NCBI GenBank assembly: GCA_030586555.1 | Contig: JAURAC010000002.1 | Location: 96,001-160,000 of the forward strand | Length of the DNA: 64,000 bases | Origin: Candidatus Subterrananammoxibius californiae | Lineage (GTDB): Bacteria > Planctomycetota > Brocadiia > Brocadiales > Subterrananammoxibiaceae | Direction of reading: 5' to 3' | Part shown: one piece after another, positions 30,004 to 39,701 of the stretch | Layout: every line of letters begins with the position of its first letter | Numbering within the stretch: position 1 is the first letter of the stretch | Program-made: the position numbers and the translations under genes | Notes under the pieces: model-generated | Databases searched by the model: none | Told to the model about the DNA's origin: nothing | The model's input: the letters and a program-made list of their open reading frames with translations, nothing else

Positions 30004-30633
30004 ATGGATTCTTCGGAACAAGCAGAGGTTCATGGGGTAAGGAAGGTTCAACCATTAAGAAGACTGTATGACTGGGTACTACACTGGGCAGAAACGCCTT
30101 ATGGGCCGTGGGCGCTCTTTATCCTTGCCTTTTGTGAATCTTCCTTTTTTCCCATCCCACCTGACGTACTATTAATAGCCCTTGCAATATCAATCGCAAA
30201 GAAATCCTTTAGATACGCCCTTATTTGCTCTGTGGGTTCGGTGCTTGGCGGATGTTTTGGTTACTTTATTGGATACGAATTCTTTGAACACGTCGGAAAG
30301 CCAATCATTCATCTTTATGGTGTGGGTGACAAATTTGAATTGGTAAGCCAGCAATACCAGAACAATGCCTTCGTGGCAGTTGCCATAGCAGGCTTTACAC
30401 CAATTCCTTATAAAGTATTCACGATTGCCGCTGGCGCCTGCAGTGTGAATTTTCTTACCTTTGTGATAGCTTCTGCCATCAGCCGAAGTGCACGGTTCTT
30501 TATAATAGCAGCGCTAATTTATCTTTTTGGCGGCAGGATTAAAAATTTTATTGATAGATATTTTAACGTAATATCAATAGCCTTTGTTGTACTTCTAATA
30601 GGTGGTTTTGCCATTATAAAACTTTTAAGATAG
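30004..30633 (+). CDS. YqaA/DedA (VTT) family membrane protein
   Basis: ESSFFPIPPDVLL, FTPIPYKVFT. Confidence 0.9.
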   Translation: MDSSEQAEVHGVRKVQPLRRLYDWVLHWAETPYGPWALFILAFCESSFFPIPPDVLLIALAISIAKKSFRYALICSVGSVLGGCFGYFIGYEFFEHVGKPIIHLYGVGDKFELVSQQYQNNAFVAVAIAGFTPIPYKVFTIAAGACSVNFLTFVIASAISRSARFFIIAALIYLFGGRIKNFIDRYFNVISIAFVVLLIGGFAIIKLLR

Positions 30634-30668
30634 CCTGCCATTCCTTCAACAGGCTCACGACAAAACTT

Positions 30669-31595
30669 ATGAAGAAATTTCATTTGTACATCGTTTATTA
30701 TATCCTTGTGGCATTAACTCTTGTAGCCACCAGTTATAGCCAGCCTATGTTAAGGAACGTGCGAGAGCCTGTAGCAGCCGGGCGTTTTTACCCTTCCGAT
30801 GAGAACGTCTTAAGAACCGATGTAGAATCATATCTTGTAAAGGTTCCAAAACAAAACCTGCCCGGCAAGCCTGTGGCGCTGATTTCACCAAACGCCGGAT
30901 ATAAATATACTGGAATTGTAGCCGCCCACGGCTATAACACAATTAAAGGTCGTAACTACAAAAGGATTATAATCCTTGCACCAACGCATTATGGCAGGTT
31001 CAAAGGGGTATCTATTTCACGTGATACTCATTATCAAACCCCACTCGGTCCTGTAGCGATAGACGATGAGGTTTGTAATAAACTACTTGACCAGCCACCG
31101 CTATTTGGTACAGACCCTGAGGCTGATAAAAGGGAATATTCAATTGAAGTCCAGCTCCCATTCCTGCAAAGCGTATTGAAGGACTTCAAAATTGTTCCCC
31201 TGCTCCTTGGAAACCTCAAGAAAGAGGATATTGAAAAGGTCGCAGAGGCTATAAAATCTTTCGTGACAGATGACACCCTTCTAATCGCAAGTTCCGACTT
31301 TACTCACTACGGAGACGCCTTCAACTACGCTCCTTTTCGAAAGGATATCGAAGAAAACATCAAAAAACTCGATTACGGTGCCTTTGAAAGGATACTTGCA
31401 TTGGACTCAGAAGGATTCCTTCAATACAGGATTGAAACTGGTATCACTGCTGATGGCTTCCTGCCTATAGGGCTACTTCTCAGACTTTTGCCTCCTGAAG
31501 CAAAGGGAACGCTATTAACTTATGAGACCTCTGGCAAACAAAGTGGAGATTTTACTTATTCCGTTAGTTACGCCTCGATAGTGTTTACCAAATGA
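30669..31595 (+). CDS. amrB: AmmeMemoRadiSam protein B (Memo-like), degenerate active site, signal peptide
   Basis: REPVAAGRFYP, SPNAGY, EYSIEVQLPFL, SSDFTHYG. Confidence 0.85.
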   Translation: MKKFHLYIVYYILVALTLVATSYSQPMLRNVREPVAAGRFYPSDENVLRTDVESYLVKVPKQNLPGKPVALISPNAGYKYTGIVAAHGYNTIKGRNYKRIIILAPTHYGRFKGVSISRDTHYQTPLGPVAIDDEVCNKLLDQPPLFGTDPEADKREYSIEVQLPFLQSVLKDFKIVPLLLGNLKKEDIEKVAEAIKSFVTDDTLLIASSDFTHYGDAFNYAPFRKDIEENIKKLDYGAFERILALDSEGFLQYRIETGITADGFLPIGLLLRLLPPEAKGTLLTYETSGKQSGDFTYSVSYASIVFTK

Positions 31596-33199
31596 AAAGC
31601 GAGCAACGAGCAATGAGCAATGGGGGTAGACAACGAACTTTATGTTCGTTGAAGTTAGAGTCAACGATGATAAACATCGTTGTCTACCTTTTATCGTTAA
31701 GTTTTCTTGCAATGCCAGTTCTTGCCCAACCACAAAAGTCTGTGCGAGAACCGGCAGTCGCCGGGAGCTTTTATTCGGCTGATGAATCCACCTTAAGAGA
31801 ACAAATAGAATCTTTCTTTAGCAAGGTACCCGAGTCCGCCTCAGGCGGAAACGATAAACCGATTGCGCTCATTTCTCCCCATGCTGGCTACCGGTACTCC
31901 GGGCTTGTAACCGCATACGGCTATAACACGATTAAAAACAAGAATTACAAGCGGGTGATTGTGCTTGCCCCAAGCCATTACGGTAGCTTTAAGGGCGTAT
32001 CTATCCTCCGCGTTACACACTACCGTACGCCACTGGGACTTGTAGAAGTTGATAAAGATGTGTGCGATAAGCTTCTTGAAAATACCTTATTGTTTAGCAC
32101 TTATCCCGATGCCGATAAGTATGAACATTCCCTAGAAACCCAACTTCCATTTCTGCAAATGACTTTAAAGGATTTCAGGCTTGTACCACTGCTTATTGGA
32201 TACCTCTCAGGTGAAGATGTTCAAAAGGTTGCTGAGTGTATAAAATCTTTTATTACTAATGAGACTATCCTTATAGCAAGTTGTGACTTCACCCACTACG
32301 GGTATAATTTTGATTACGTCCCTTTCAAGAAGGATACAGAGGCAAATATCAAGAAGCTTGATTACGGCGCTTTTGATAGGATACTTGCATTTGATTCCGA
32401 TGGATTCCTAAAATATAAAACAGAAACGGGTATAACTGCCTGCGGCTACTTGCCTGTGGCTGTGCTTTTAAAGTTATTACCAGTTAACGCCAAAGGAACA
32501 CTTCTAAATTATGACACATCTGGAAGACAGACTGGGGGCTTTACAAACTCTGTGAGTTATGCTTCAATAGTATTTACAATACCCTCTAAAGAAGAAACCA
32601 GAAGCCCACCAAATCCGAATAAAACAGGGGAAGAAATGGATGAACAAGCAAAAAAAAACCTTCTCTATATTGCAAGAAAGACCGTTGAGGCGGCAATAAA
32701 TAATACCCCAATCCCGGAATTTAATATAACCGATGAAGCCCTGCAGGGAAAACAGGGGGCATTTGTAACGCTGAGAAATCACGGGCAACTCAGGGGTTGT
32801 ATTGGCAGATTTGTCTCTGATATTCCACTTTACAAGGTTGTTTCAGAAATGGCACTTGCGTCAGCCACACAAGACCCACGCTTCCAGTTCGACCCTATCA
32901 CCGCTTCCGAACTTAAGGATATTGATATTGAAATCTCCATACTTTCTCCATTAGAAAAGACCAATGACCCACTCAATATAGAACTCGGCAAACACGGGAT
33001 ATATATAAAGAGAGGCTTCAGGTCTGGTTGCTTCCTGCCACAGGTTGCCACAGAAACGGGATGGAGTAAGGAGGAATTCCTCTCCCAGTGTTGCTGCGGA
33101 AAGGCTGGACTTCCCCCCGATGCTTGGAAAGACCCGAAGACCGACGTCTTTGTCTTTACAGCAGAGATTGTTGAGGAGAAAAAAAGCAAAGAGCTATGA
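31592..33199 (+). CDS. AmrB-AmrA fusion (Memo plus AMMECR1 domains), signal peptide
   Basis: SPHAGY, EHSLE, DFTHYG, TACG; then GAFVTL, LRGCIG, FLPQVA; true start may be downstream. Confidence 0.9.
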   Translation: MKSEQRAMSNGGRQRTLCSLKLESTMINIVVYLLSLSFLAMPVLAQPQKSVREPAVAGSFYSADESTLREQIESFFSKVPESASGGNDKPIALISPHAGYRYSGLVTAYGYNTIKNKNYKRVIVLAPSHYGSFKGVSILRVTHYRTPLGLVEVDKDVCDKLLENTLLFSTYPDADKYEHSLETQLPFLQMTLKDFRLVPLLIGYLSGEDVQKVAECIKSFITNETILIASCDFTHYGYNFDYVPFKKDTEANIKKLDYGAFDRILAFDSDGFLKYKTETGITACGYLPVAVLLKLLPVNAKGTLLNYDTSGRQTGGFTNSVSYASIVFTIPSKEETRSPPNPNKTGEEMDEQAKKNLLYIARKTVEAAINNTPIPEFNITDEALQGKQGAFVTLRNHGQLRGCIGRFVSDIPLYKVVSEMALASATQDPRFQFDPITASELKDIDIEISILSPLEKTNDPLNIELGKHGIYIKRGFRSGCFLPQVATETGWSKEEFLSQCCCGKAGLPPDAWKDPKTDVFVFTAEIVEEKKSKEL

Positions 33200-33232
33200 G
33201 CAACGAGTAGAAAGCAATGTGCGGTAAGTGAT

Positions 33233-33262
33233 ATGAAGGTGGAACGGTTCGAAGACCTTCGT
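33233..33262 (+). pseudogene. N-terminal remnant of a four-helix-bundle (23S IVP-like) gene
   Basis: MKVERFEDLR preceded by heptamer repeats and cut by an inverted repeat. Confidence 0.55.
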
Positions 33263-33271
33263 GAACTTTAT

Positions 33272-33339
33272 AAAAATAGGGACACATCCCTTTTTTGTTT
33301 GTTTTTATTCTACCAAAAAAGGGATGTGTCCCTATTTTT
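33272..33339. terminator. 26-bp perfect inverted repeat between convergent genes
   Basis: aaaaatagggacacatcccttttttg ... caaaaaagggatgtgtccctattttt. Confidence 0.75.
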
Positions 33340-34426
33340 TTAGACCAACCAATATTTCTATGCCCTTTTCAATAGCTTCATCTGATGCGGCGTAGGATAT
33401 TCTGAAGTGGGTATCCTGCTCAGAGAATACGCTGCCTGGGATAATGAGAAGGTTTCTTTTAATCGCTTCGGTTACAAATTCCTGTCCCGTTCCCCATGGA
33501 ACTTGAGGGAAGAGATAGAATGCGCCCTTGGGGCGCGTTATATTATAAAGCCCTTTGAGCCTATCGTAAATTAAATCTCTTTTCCTTTTATAATTTTTTA
33601 TATGTTCGTCTATCTCATGATTAATGGTTTTAGAAACTGCCACCTGGGCAAATGAAGGTGCGCATATAAAGGTGTATTGCTGAAGTTTTATCATCTCACT
33701 TATTATTACAGCAGGTCCGATAGCGTAGCCTATTCGCCATCCTGTTATGGCATGGGATTTTGAGAATCCACCAAGCACCAAAGTCTTCTCATAATACTTA
33801 CCTATGCTTTCAAAGTGCTCATCATAAGTAAAATCCTTGTATATTTCATCGGATATAATTATTAAGTCATGCTTCCTCGCAACCTCAACAATATCCTTTA
33901 TTTCTCCTGAATTGCAAATCGCACCTGTAGGGTTTGCCGGGCTATTTATTACAAGAATCTTAGTGCGTGGTGTTATTTGGGCAACGATGTGTTCTGCAGT
34001 AAGCCTGAAATCAGGATATGTACTGATAAATTTGGGGGTACCACCGCACAGCTTTGTGAGGTACTTATACATGCCGAAATAAGGGTCAGGAATAAGTACC
34101 TCATCACCTGGGTTAACAAGCACAAGAAATGCAAGGGTTGCTCCACCAGCGACACCACAGGTAATCATAATGTTATCGCCGAGGATTCCGTACAACTTTT
34201 TCACATAACGAAGGCATCTTTCTCGAAGTTCGGGTATGCCCTGGGTCATTGTGTAACGATTCGCACCACTATTTATGGCATCAATTGCCTCCTTTTTAAT
34301 ATACTCTGGAACGTCAAAATCCGGTTGACCTATACTTAGATTGACCGGATTCTTCATTTTTTGAGCCAGGTCAAAGACCTTTCTTATGCCGGATGAGTCA
34401 AGCCCATACATTCGGCTGGCAATCAT
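33332..34426 (-). CDS. class I/II PLP-dependent aminotransferase
   Basis: LSIGQPDF, NSPANPTG, SDEIY, GFSKSHAITGWRIG. Confidence 0.93.
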   Translation of the reverse strand: MIASRMYGLDSSGIRKVFDLAQKMKNPVNLSIGQPDFDVPEYIKKEAIDAINSGANRYTMTQGIPELRERCLRYVKKLYGILGDNIMITCGVAGGATLAFLVLVNPGDEVLIPDPYFGMYKYLTKLCGGTPKFISTYPDFRLTAEHIVAQITPRTKILVINSPANPTGAICNSGEIKDIVEVARKHDLIIISDEIYKDFTYDEHFESIGKYYEKTLVLGGFSKSHAITGWRIGYAIGPAVIISEMIKLQQYTFICAPSFAQVAVSKTINHEIDEHIKNYKRKRDLIYDRLKGLYNITRPKGAFYLFPQVPWGTGQEFVTEAIKRNLLIIPGSVFSEQDTHFRISYAASDEAIEKGIEILVGLKK

Positions 34427-34755
34427 TTAGGGGCAGCTCCCTTTCCAGGCTTCGACCTGAGCTCAGCCGAAGGTTTTGCGGCTGGTGCGGCAGGCTTTTC
34501 ACCACCAGCAGATGGTTTCTCAGACGAAGCGGCAGCAGCTTCAGCAGTAGCTACTGCTGGCGCAACCTCCTTCTCTTTTTCCTTTTTCACTTTTCTTCTG
34601 GTTACAGCGGTTCTAACCTTTGGTAACCCAAAAACACTTTCCCCCTCGTTCCACCTGCCATCCTTAAGCAATGCCTGAAGTCTTTCAGTACGAGACAGCA
34701 CGCTACGGCGCCTTAACAATTGACTCTTTATTATCAAACTTTTATCTATGCCCAT
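34423..34755 (-). CDS. PVC-signature small basic protein with Ala/Pro/Lys tail
   Basis: MGIDKSL...RRSVLSRTERL...GRW...SVFGLPKVR. Confidence 0.85.
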   Translation of the reverse strand: MGIDKSLIIKSQLLRRRSVLSRTERLQALLKDGRWNEGESVFGLPKVRTAVTRRKVKKEKEKEVAPAVATAEAAAASSEKPSAGGEKPAAPAAKPSAELRSKPGKGAAPK

Positions 34756-34856
34756 ATTATTCCTCTCTAAATAACTTAATCTTTACAGAAATGAAAATTG
34801 AAAATTGTAAATCCTGACCCGTCGTCAGGACAGGTTTAAAATTTACATTTTACAAT

Positions 34857-35717
34857 TTATTTTATGCGGACTGGATAACAACCCTTAAACTGTTTTCTAT
34901 TCTCGTATGTAAAATCTCTTAGCTCCTTCTGAAGCGTACGCAGTTCGGAACTATCCTTATTGTCAAATTTTCCAACACAAACCACTAACTCCTTGGAAGT
35001 CTTAGCTATAAATGAATCATGGCCAATTTCCTTTTGGATTGTTCTGGCTAACTCAGATGCCTTTTTGGTATTCTGGTCTCCTATCTTGTAAGAAATAATC
35101 CGCAGGGTCCATTTCTCCTCTTTAGGCACGTCTGAGACAGATGGCTGGGGCTGAATCGTCTGTGGAGTTTTTGGAGCTGTATTGGGAACGGATTCCTGGA
35201 GCTGGGTGTCATTCTGAGCGTTAGCGAAGAATCCCTCCTGCGATTGTTTCGGGGCTTCGCCACTCGCAATGACAGAAGGCATGGGTTCAACCTTACGTCC
35301 TTTATCATAGCCAAGCTTATGACCAATAAAAAAACATCCTATGGATAAGAACACTGCACCCAGCGCCGCATAAATCAGTGTATCCTGCCTGACGTATACC
35401 TCGTCACGCTTTAAACCCAATCCTTGAGACCGTGCCTCATGACAAGTTTTGAGTCCAACCCCCCCTCTGTCCCCCACTTGCGAAGTGGGGGATAAAAGGG
35501 GGGTTGCCTCCTGAGCGCCCATAGGCGATGGGCAGCCGATTACTGACTCCTGCTCCCTGAGTTCAGCGTCCCCCGCATCAGTTGAAACCCCGACCTTCCC
35601 AACATCTTCCAAAGCCCCCCCTGTAGCGGGATTTGGCTTTTGCTCTGGTAACGGTTCTTCTTTCATTTGCTTCCTGTAGACCTCAAAGAATACCCTGGAA
35701 CCTTTCTCTTTTCCCAT
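34857..35717 (-). CDS. membrane-anchored SPOR-like protein with repeat-derived segments
   Basis: One TM segment (GCFFIGHKLG); C-terminal WTLRII...VCVGKF. Confidence 0.65.
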   Translation of the reverse strand: MGKEKGSRVFFEVYRKQMKEEPLPEQKPNPATGGALEDVGKVGVSTDAGDAELREQESVIGCPSPMGAQEATPLLSPTSQVGDRGGVGLKTCHEARSQGLGLKRDEVYVRQDTLIYAALGAVFLSIGCFFIGHKLGYDKGRKVEPMPSVIASGEAPKQSQEGFFANAQNDTQLQESVPNTAPKTPQTIQPQPSVSDVPKEEKWTLRIISYKIGDQNTKKASELARTIQKEIGHDSFIAKTSKELVVCVGKFDNKDSSELRTLQKELRDFTYENRKQFKGCYPVRIK

Positions 35718-35912
35718 GGCATTACCCCCTTAATAAAACTCCACTTCTAATAACCTTTTATTCCGTGCTTCGGTATTACATCATTCAGGAAGCACGAATC
35801 TTTGATTCTCTAAAAACTAATGAATATTTGCAAGTTTATAAAAAAAGGTTCTTAAAGTCAAGGTTTTTTGCACAAAAGCTTGTTGCGAAACAGGGTTTTC
35901 TCGGATGGTGTG

Positions 35913-35986
35913 TGGTGAGCGCAGGAGGAATTGAACCTCCGATCCTCCGCATGAGGCGGATGCTCTATCCGCTGAGCCATGCACCC
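35913..35986 (-). tRNA. Val-type tRNA-like gene with 5-nt anticodon loop (CTCAT)
   Basis: All stems pair; D arm identical to tRNA-Val at 36582; loop is 2 nt short. Confidence 0.75.
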
Positions 35987-36039
35987 TCGTAAGTCGTAAC
36001 TATTAGTTTAAGCAGAGGAACAAACGATAATTTTTTCAA

Positions 36040-36354
36040 CTATAGCTCCCATTCAGAACGAAATGCTTCTTTGATATCACGGGCACCATGTAGTACTGCA
36101 AGGATTTCAATGCCCTCACTGCCTTCCTTAATTCTATAAACAATCCTGTAATTTTTATAAGTGACCTCTCTTAATCCATAACTTTCAAGCTCTGGCACGA
36201 TGCGACCACAACGGGGCATCGTCTCAAGTTTTGTGGTTGCCCTTATTAGAGATTTTATGAATCGAGTAGCATATACTTTAGAGTCTTTAGCAATATAATT
36301 ATGAATTGCTTGTAAATTATTGCTTGCCTTTTCTGTCCATTTTATTTTGCCCAT
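36040..36354 (-). CDS. RelE/ParE family toxin
   Basis: IKWTEKA, GRIVPE, YRIVYR, ILAVLHGAR. Confidence 0.9.
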   Translation of the reverse strand: MGKIKWTEKASNNLQAIHNYIAKDSKVYATRFIKSLIRATTKLETMPRCGRIVPELESYGLREVTYKNYRIVYRIKEGSEGIEILAVLHGARDIKEAFRSEWEL

Positions 36355-36527
36355 TGTTCGACTCTGTTGAGAAGTTCTTCTGTGGTCAACAACTTTCCAC
36401 CCTCAGCATCCTTTAGTCCCTCAAGAACCTGAGCAACAAAGTTTATCTCATACATTATGTCTTCTAACGAACATTCATCGGGTAATCGTTTTATAGTTTC
36501 TATTGTCACCTCTTTGAGCAAACTCAT
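36342..36527 (-). CDS. antitoxin partner of ParE
   Basis: LPDECSLEDIMYE...GLKDAEGGKL; AAGGAGG RBS. Confidence 0.85.
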   Translation of the reverse strand: MSLLKEVTIETIKRLPDECSLEDIMYEINFVAQVLEGLKDAEGGKLLTTEELLNRVEQWAK

Positions 36528-36581
36528 TATAAGCACCTCCTTAGTGAATTACGAATTGTGCGTTAGGACTCTCAACTTCTT

Positions 36582-36657
36582 TGGTGGGCGCAGAAGGAAT
36601 TGAACCTTCGACCCCTTGCGTGTGAAGCAAGTGCTCTATCCGCTGAGCCATGCGCCC
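36582..36657 (-). tRNA. tRNA-Val (CAC)
   Basis: GGGCGCA...CTTGC-TTCACAC-GCAAG...TGCGCCCACCA. Confidence 0.95.
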
Positions 36658-36759
36658 AGATTAGCTCATAGCTCATAGTTCATAGCCATGAGCTATAAGT
36701 AAAGTGTGTTGTTTAGGTGTGTCTATATTATCCAAATTCGAGCAATATTTCAAGGAATT

Positions 36760-37045
36760 TTATCTCTGAAACATCCACGAACGCATAAGGTTGGACCTTG
36801 GAGCAAGGCAGGAGCCAACGGTGAAGGCATAGACGCTCAGGCCATCTGAATTGGTATAAAGCCGTAATTCGTGGCTTCCAAAATCCTTGGTCTTGATGAG
36901 ATTGTATATCCTTGGTGAAGTAACAAGTACGTAGCTCTGTGACTCGGCATCAATTACAACATCGCTACCTTTACTTTCTTCGTTCAAGGGTTTTCCATCT
37001 TGTGCGGTAAATATCTTAACCAGTTCTCAAGGAGTTCTCGTATCA
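36760..37045 (-). pseudogene. C-terminal fragment of a DipZ/redoxin-like protein
   Basis: QDGKPL...GSDV...VTSPRIYNLI...HELRL...YAFTVG; N-terminal part missing. Confidence 0.6.
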
Positions 37046-37100
37046 TTACCTCCATTTTCAAAACGGTATTCCTTGCTTTGCTCTGAATGACACTTTATTG

Positions 37101-37685
37101 TCAATTTCTTGAGAAATACCCTGCAAGCCTCCCCTTGATGCAAAGCCTTGCCCTGCGTAGCCGTGATTTTACTGCGGGCACGGTTAAATCTAATATTTCA
37201 GCCGTTTCTTTACTGGGAAGCCCCTCAATGTCTCTTAGTATAAGAACTGTTTTATATTCTGCTGACAACCCATCAATTGCCTTTCTTACCAAGACCTGGG
37301 CTTCTTTGCGCGTTGTAATCTCGTCCGGCCTGTTTGACCAGTCAAGGATTGGTTCGACATGCCGACCGTCCTCCTTGAATTGAGGAAGATACTGTTCAAT
37401 GGACACGTGACTTTCCCTCTTCCTATTACGAAGAATCTCCCAGCTTGCATTCAACGTTATCTTATAAACCCAGCTAAATAGTGCGCTTTCGCCTTTAAAA
37501 GATGCTATCTTATTGTGGAGAATAAGAAAGACATTCTGGGTAACATCCTCGGCATCTACTGCACTGTTAGTAATACGGTAGGCAAGACGATAGACCCGAG
37601 GTTGAAATCTTTCCATTATCTTCTCAAATGCACTTTCGTCACCACGCTTTATCTTTTCAACAAGCAAACAATCCGCAGTAACCAT
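37101..37685 (-). CDS. ECF RNA polymerase sigma factor
   Basis: GDESAF, DAEDVTQ, SWVYKITLN, VKSRLRRAR. Confidence 0.93.
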   Translation of the reverse strand: MVTADCLLVEKIKRGDESAFEKIMERFQPRVYRLAYRITNSAVDAEDVTQNVFLILHNKIASFKGESALFSWVYKITLNASWEILRNRKRESHVSIEQYLPQFKEDGRHVEPILDWSNRPDEITTRKEAQVLVRKAIDGLSAEYKTVLILRDIEGLPSKETAEILDLTVPAVKSRLRRARLCIKGRLAGYFSRN

Positions 37686-37712
37686 GGTACACTTCGCATC
37701 CTTTCTTTTTAT

Positions 37713-38159
37713 TTATGTCTGAGAGTCTTCCTGAGACCCTTTGTCTTTACAGTCTTTACAATAACCGTATAAATCAACATGATAATCCTTTATGTTGTAT
37801 TTTGCTATAATTACGTCGGGTAATTTTGCCAGGTCAACCAGGTCAATGAAAATGTCATCAATTCTTTTGCATCCGTTACAAATAATGTGATGGTGGAGGG
37901 TTACGTTAGAGTCGTATTTTGACCTTTCTCTGTCTATTAATATCTCTTGAATCTGCCCCGTCGCATTAAGGGTTTTTAATATGTTGTAAACGGTATTTAA
38001 AGAGATGGTTGGAAATATCTTTTTTACCTTTTCATAGACGTCGCCAGCAGAAGGATGGGATGTATTGCCTTCCATAACTTTCAGGACTTCAATTAGTTGA
38101 GGGGTTATTCTCTTATCCAGTACCCTGAGCTTTTCTATAGTTTTCTCTACAGTTTCCAT
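37713..38159 (-). CDS. Fur/PerR family regulator
   Basis: HPSA, TVYNIL, HHHIICNGC, YGYCKDC. Confidence 0.92.
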   Translation of the reverse strand: METVEKTIEKLRVLDKRITPQLIEVLKVMEGNTSHPSAGDVYEKVKKIFPTISLNTVYNILKTLNATGQIQEILIDRERSKYDSNVTLHHHIICNGCKRIDDIFIDLVDLAKLPDVIIAKYNIKDYHVDLYGYCKDCKDKGSQEDSQT

Positions 38160-38315
38160 ATTACTTCCTCCTGACTTCGATTATACAAGAATTATTATTA
38201 TATAATATTACATACTAAATATACCACTTTTTTTATTTTTGTCAAGTAAAAAATAAGTGAGAATGAAACGATAGGTAAGGTGGCATAGTCTGTCAGATGT
38301 GGATACCCCTACTTA

Positions 38316-39701
38316 CTATGCCACAAAGTCTTTAGGCTTTATATGATATGCCTTTAGCTTACGCTGGAAGTTTTGCCATGCAATGCCGGCAAATCTGGAG
38401 GCTTGAGCGATATTTCCTTTGCTTTTACGCAGTGATTCCACAAGGTATTGTTTTTCAAAGGCTTCTTTTGCTTTTTTTAGTGGTAAAATGGTAGATAATG
38501 TTGATAATTTATCCGAATGCTGTTTAATCAATTGTAGTTGCGGGATATGATGTGGTAAGATTGTTGGGCTTGTGGAAATAACCACTGCCCTTTCTATGGC
38601 ATGTTCAAGCTCCCTAACGTTGCCAGGCCAGTCATATTCCGTCATGAGCTTCATGGTCTTTGGCGAAATCTTTTTTGCAGTAACACTTCTTTTTGATTTA
38701 TACTTTTGCAGGAAGTGATTTACAAGCAATGGAATGTCGTCTCTCCTTTCCCTCAAAGGTGGCAAAAGGATTTCTACAACGTTTAGCCTATAATAAAGGT
38801 CTTTTCTGAACTTACCTTTTTCTATCTCTGAGTTCAGGTCTCTATTTGTAGCAGCAATCAATCGAACATCAACCCTTATGCGATTATTTGAACCAAGTCG
38901 GGTAAATTCTCTTTCCTGGAGAAACCTTAGCAATTTGGCTTGAACTATTGGACTCATTTCTCCGATTTCGTCGAGGAAAAGCGTGCCGCCATCAGCAACC
39001 TCAAAAGCGCCCTTCTTTGAAGCGATTGCACCTGTGAATGCCCCCTTTTCATAGCCAAAGAGTTCGCTTTCCATGAGTTCATCAGGGATTGTGGCGCAAT
39101 GAAAGGTGCACATATTCCTGTCACTTCTTGTACTGTTATAATGGATGGCCCTTGCAACTAATTCTTTCCCCGTCCCGGTCTCACCAATAATAAGCACCGT
39201 TGTATCGGTTATCGTTACCTTATCAATAGTAGAAAAGACCTCCTGCATATTTGGGCTCGACCCAATTATCTCTGAAAATCTATACTTCTTTTTAATCTGG
39301 CTCTTTAACAATTTAGTTTCATTTGCAAGTTCGCGATGCTCTAAGGCATTCTTAATAAGGATGTGTATCTTTTCAGGCTCCGAAGGCTTAAGGATATAAT
39401 CATACGCCCCTTCCTTGATTGCCTCAACGGCGCTTTCTATTGTGCCATAAGCGGTGTGCATTATGATAACAGGATTTGAACGTGATGCCTTGATCCTTTT
39501 CAATATTTGAAGCCCATCCATTCTTGGCATTTTTACATCAAGAAGTACGGCATCAACAGAATTGCCTTGACATTTTACAATAGCTTCTTGCCCACTGGTA
39601 GCGGTAAGGACGTCATATCCCTTCTCTTTCAAACCCATACTTATAATCTTTAAGAGCTCTACTTCATCATCAACTATAAGAACCCTTCGTTTCTGAGCCA
39701 C
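38316..39701 (-). CDS. sigma-54-dependent response regulator (NtrC family)
   Basis: REC domain, GETGTGKE, GAFTGA, WPGNVREL, Fis-type HTH. Confidence 0.95.
   Translation of the reverse strand: MAQKRRVLIVDDEVELLKIISMGLKEKGYDVLTATSGQEAIVKCQGNSVDAVLLDVKMPRMDGLQILKRIKASRSNPVIIMHTAYGTIESAVEAIKEGAYDYILKPSEPEKIHILIKNALEHRELANETKLLKSQIKKKYRFSEIIGSSPNMQEVFSTIDKVTITDTTVLIIGETGTGKELVARAIHYNSTRSDRNMCTFHCATIPDELMESELFGYEKGAFTGAIASKKGAFEVADGGTLFLDEIGEMSPIVQAKLLRFLQEREFTRLGSNNRIRVDVRLIAATNRDLNSEIEKGKFRKDLYYRLNVVEILLPPLRERRDDIPLLVNHFLQKYKSKRSVTAKKISPKTMKLMTEYDWPGNVRELEHAIERAVVISTSPTILPHHIPQLQLIKQHSDKLSTLSTILPLKKAKEAFEKQYLVESLRKSKGNIAQASRFAGIAWQNFQRKLKAYHIKPKDFVA

Noticed and set aside
35913..35986. Selenocysteine tRNA (UCA at loop centre)
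   Set aside because: No long variable arm or extended acceptor stem; the body is tRNA-Val-like
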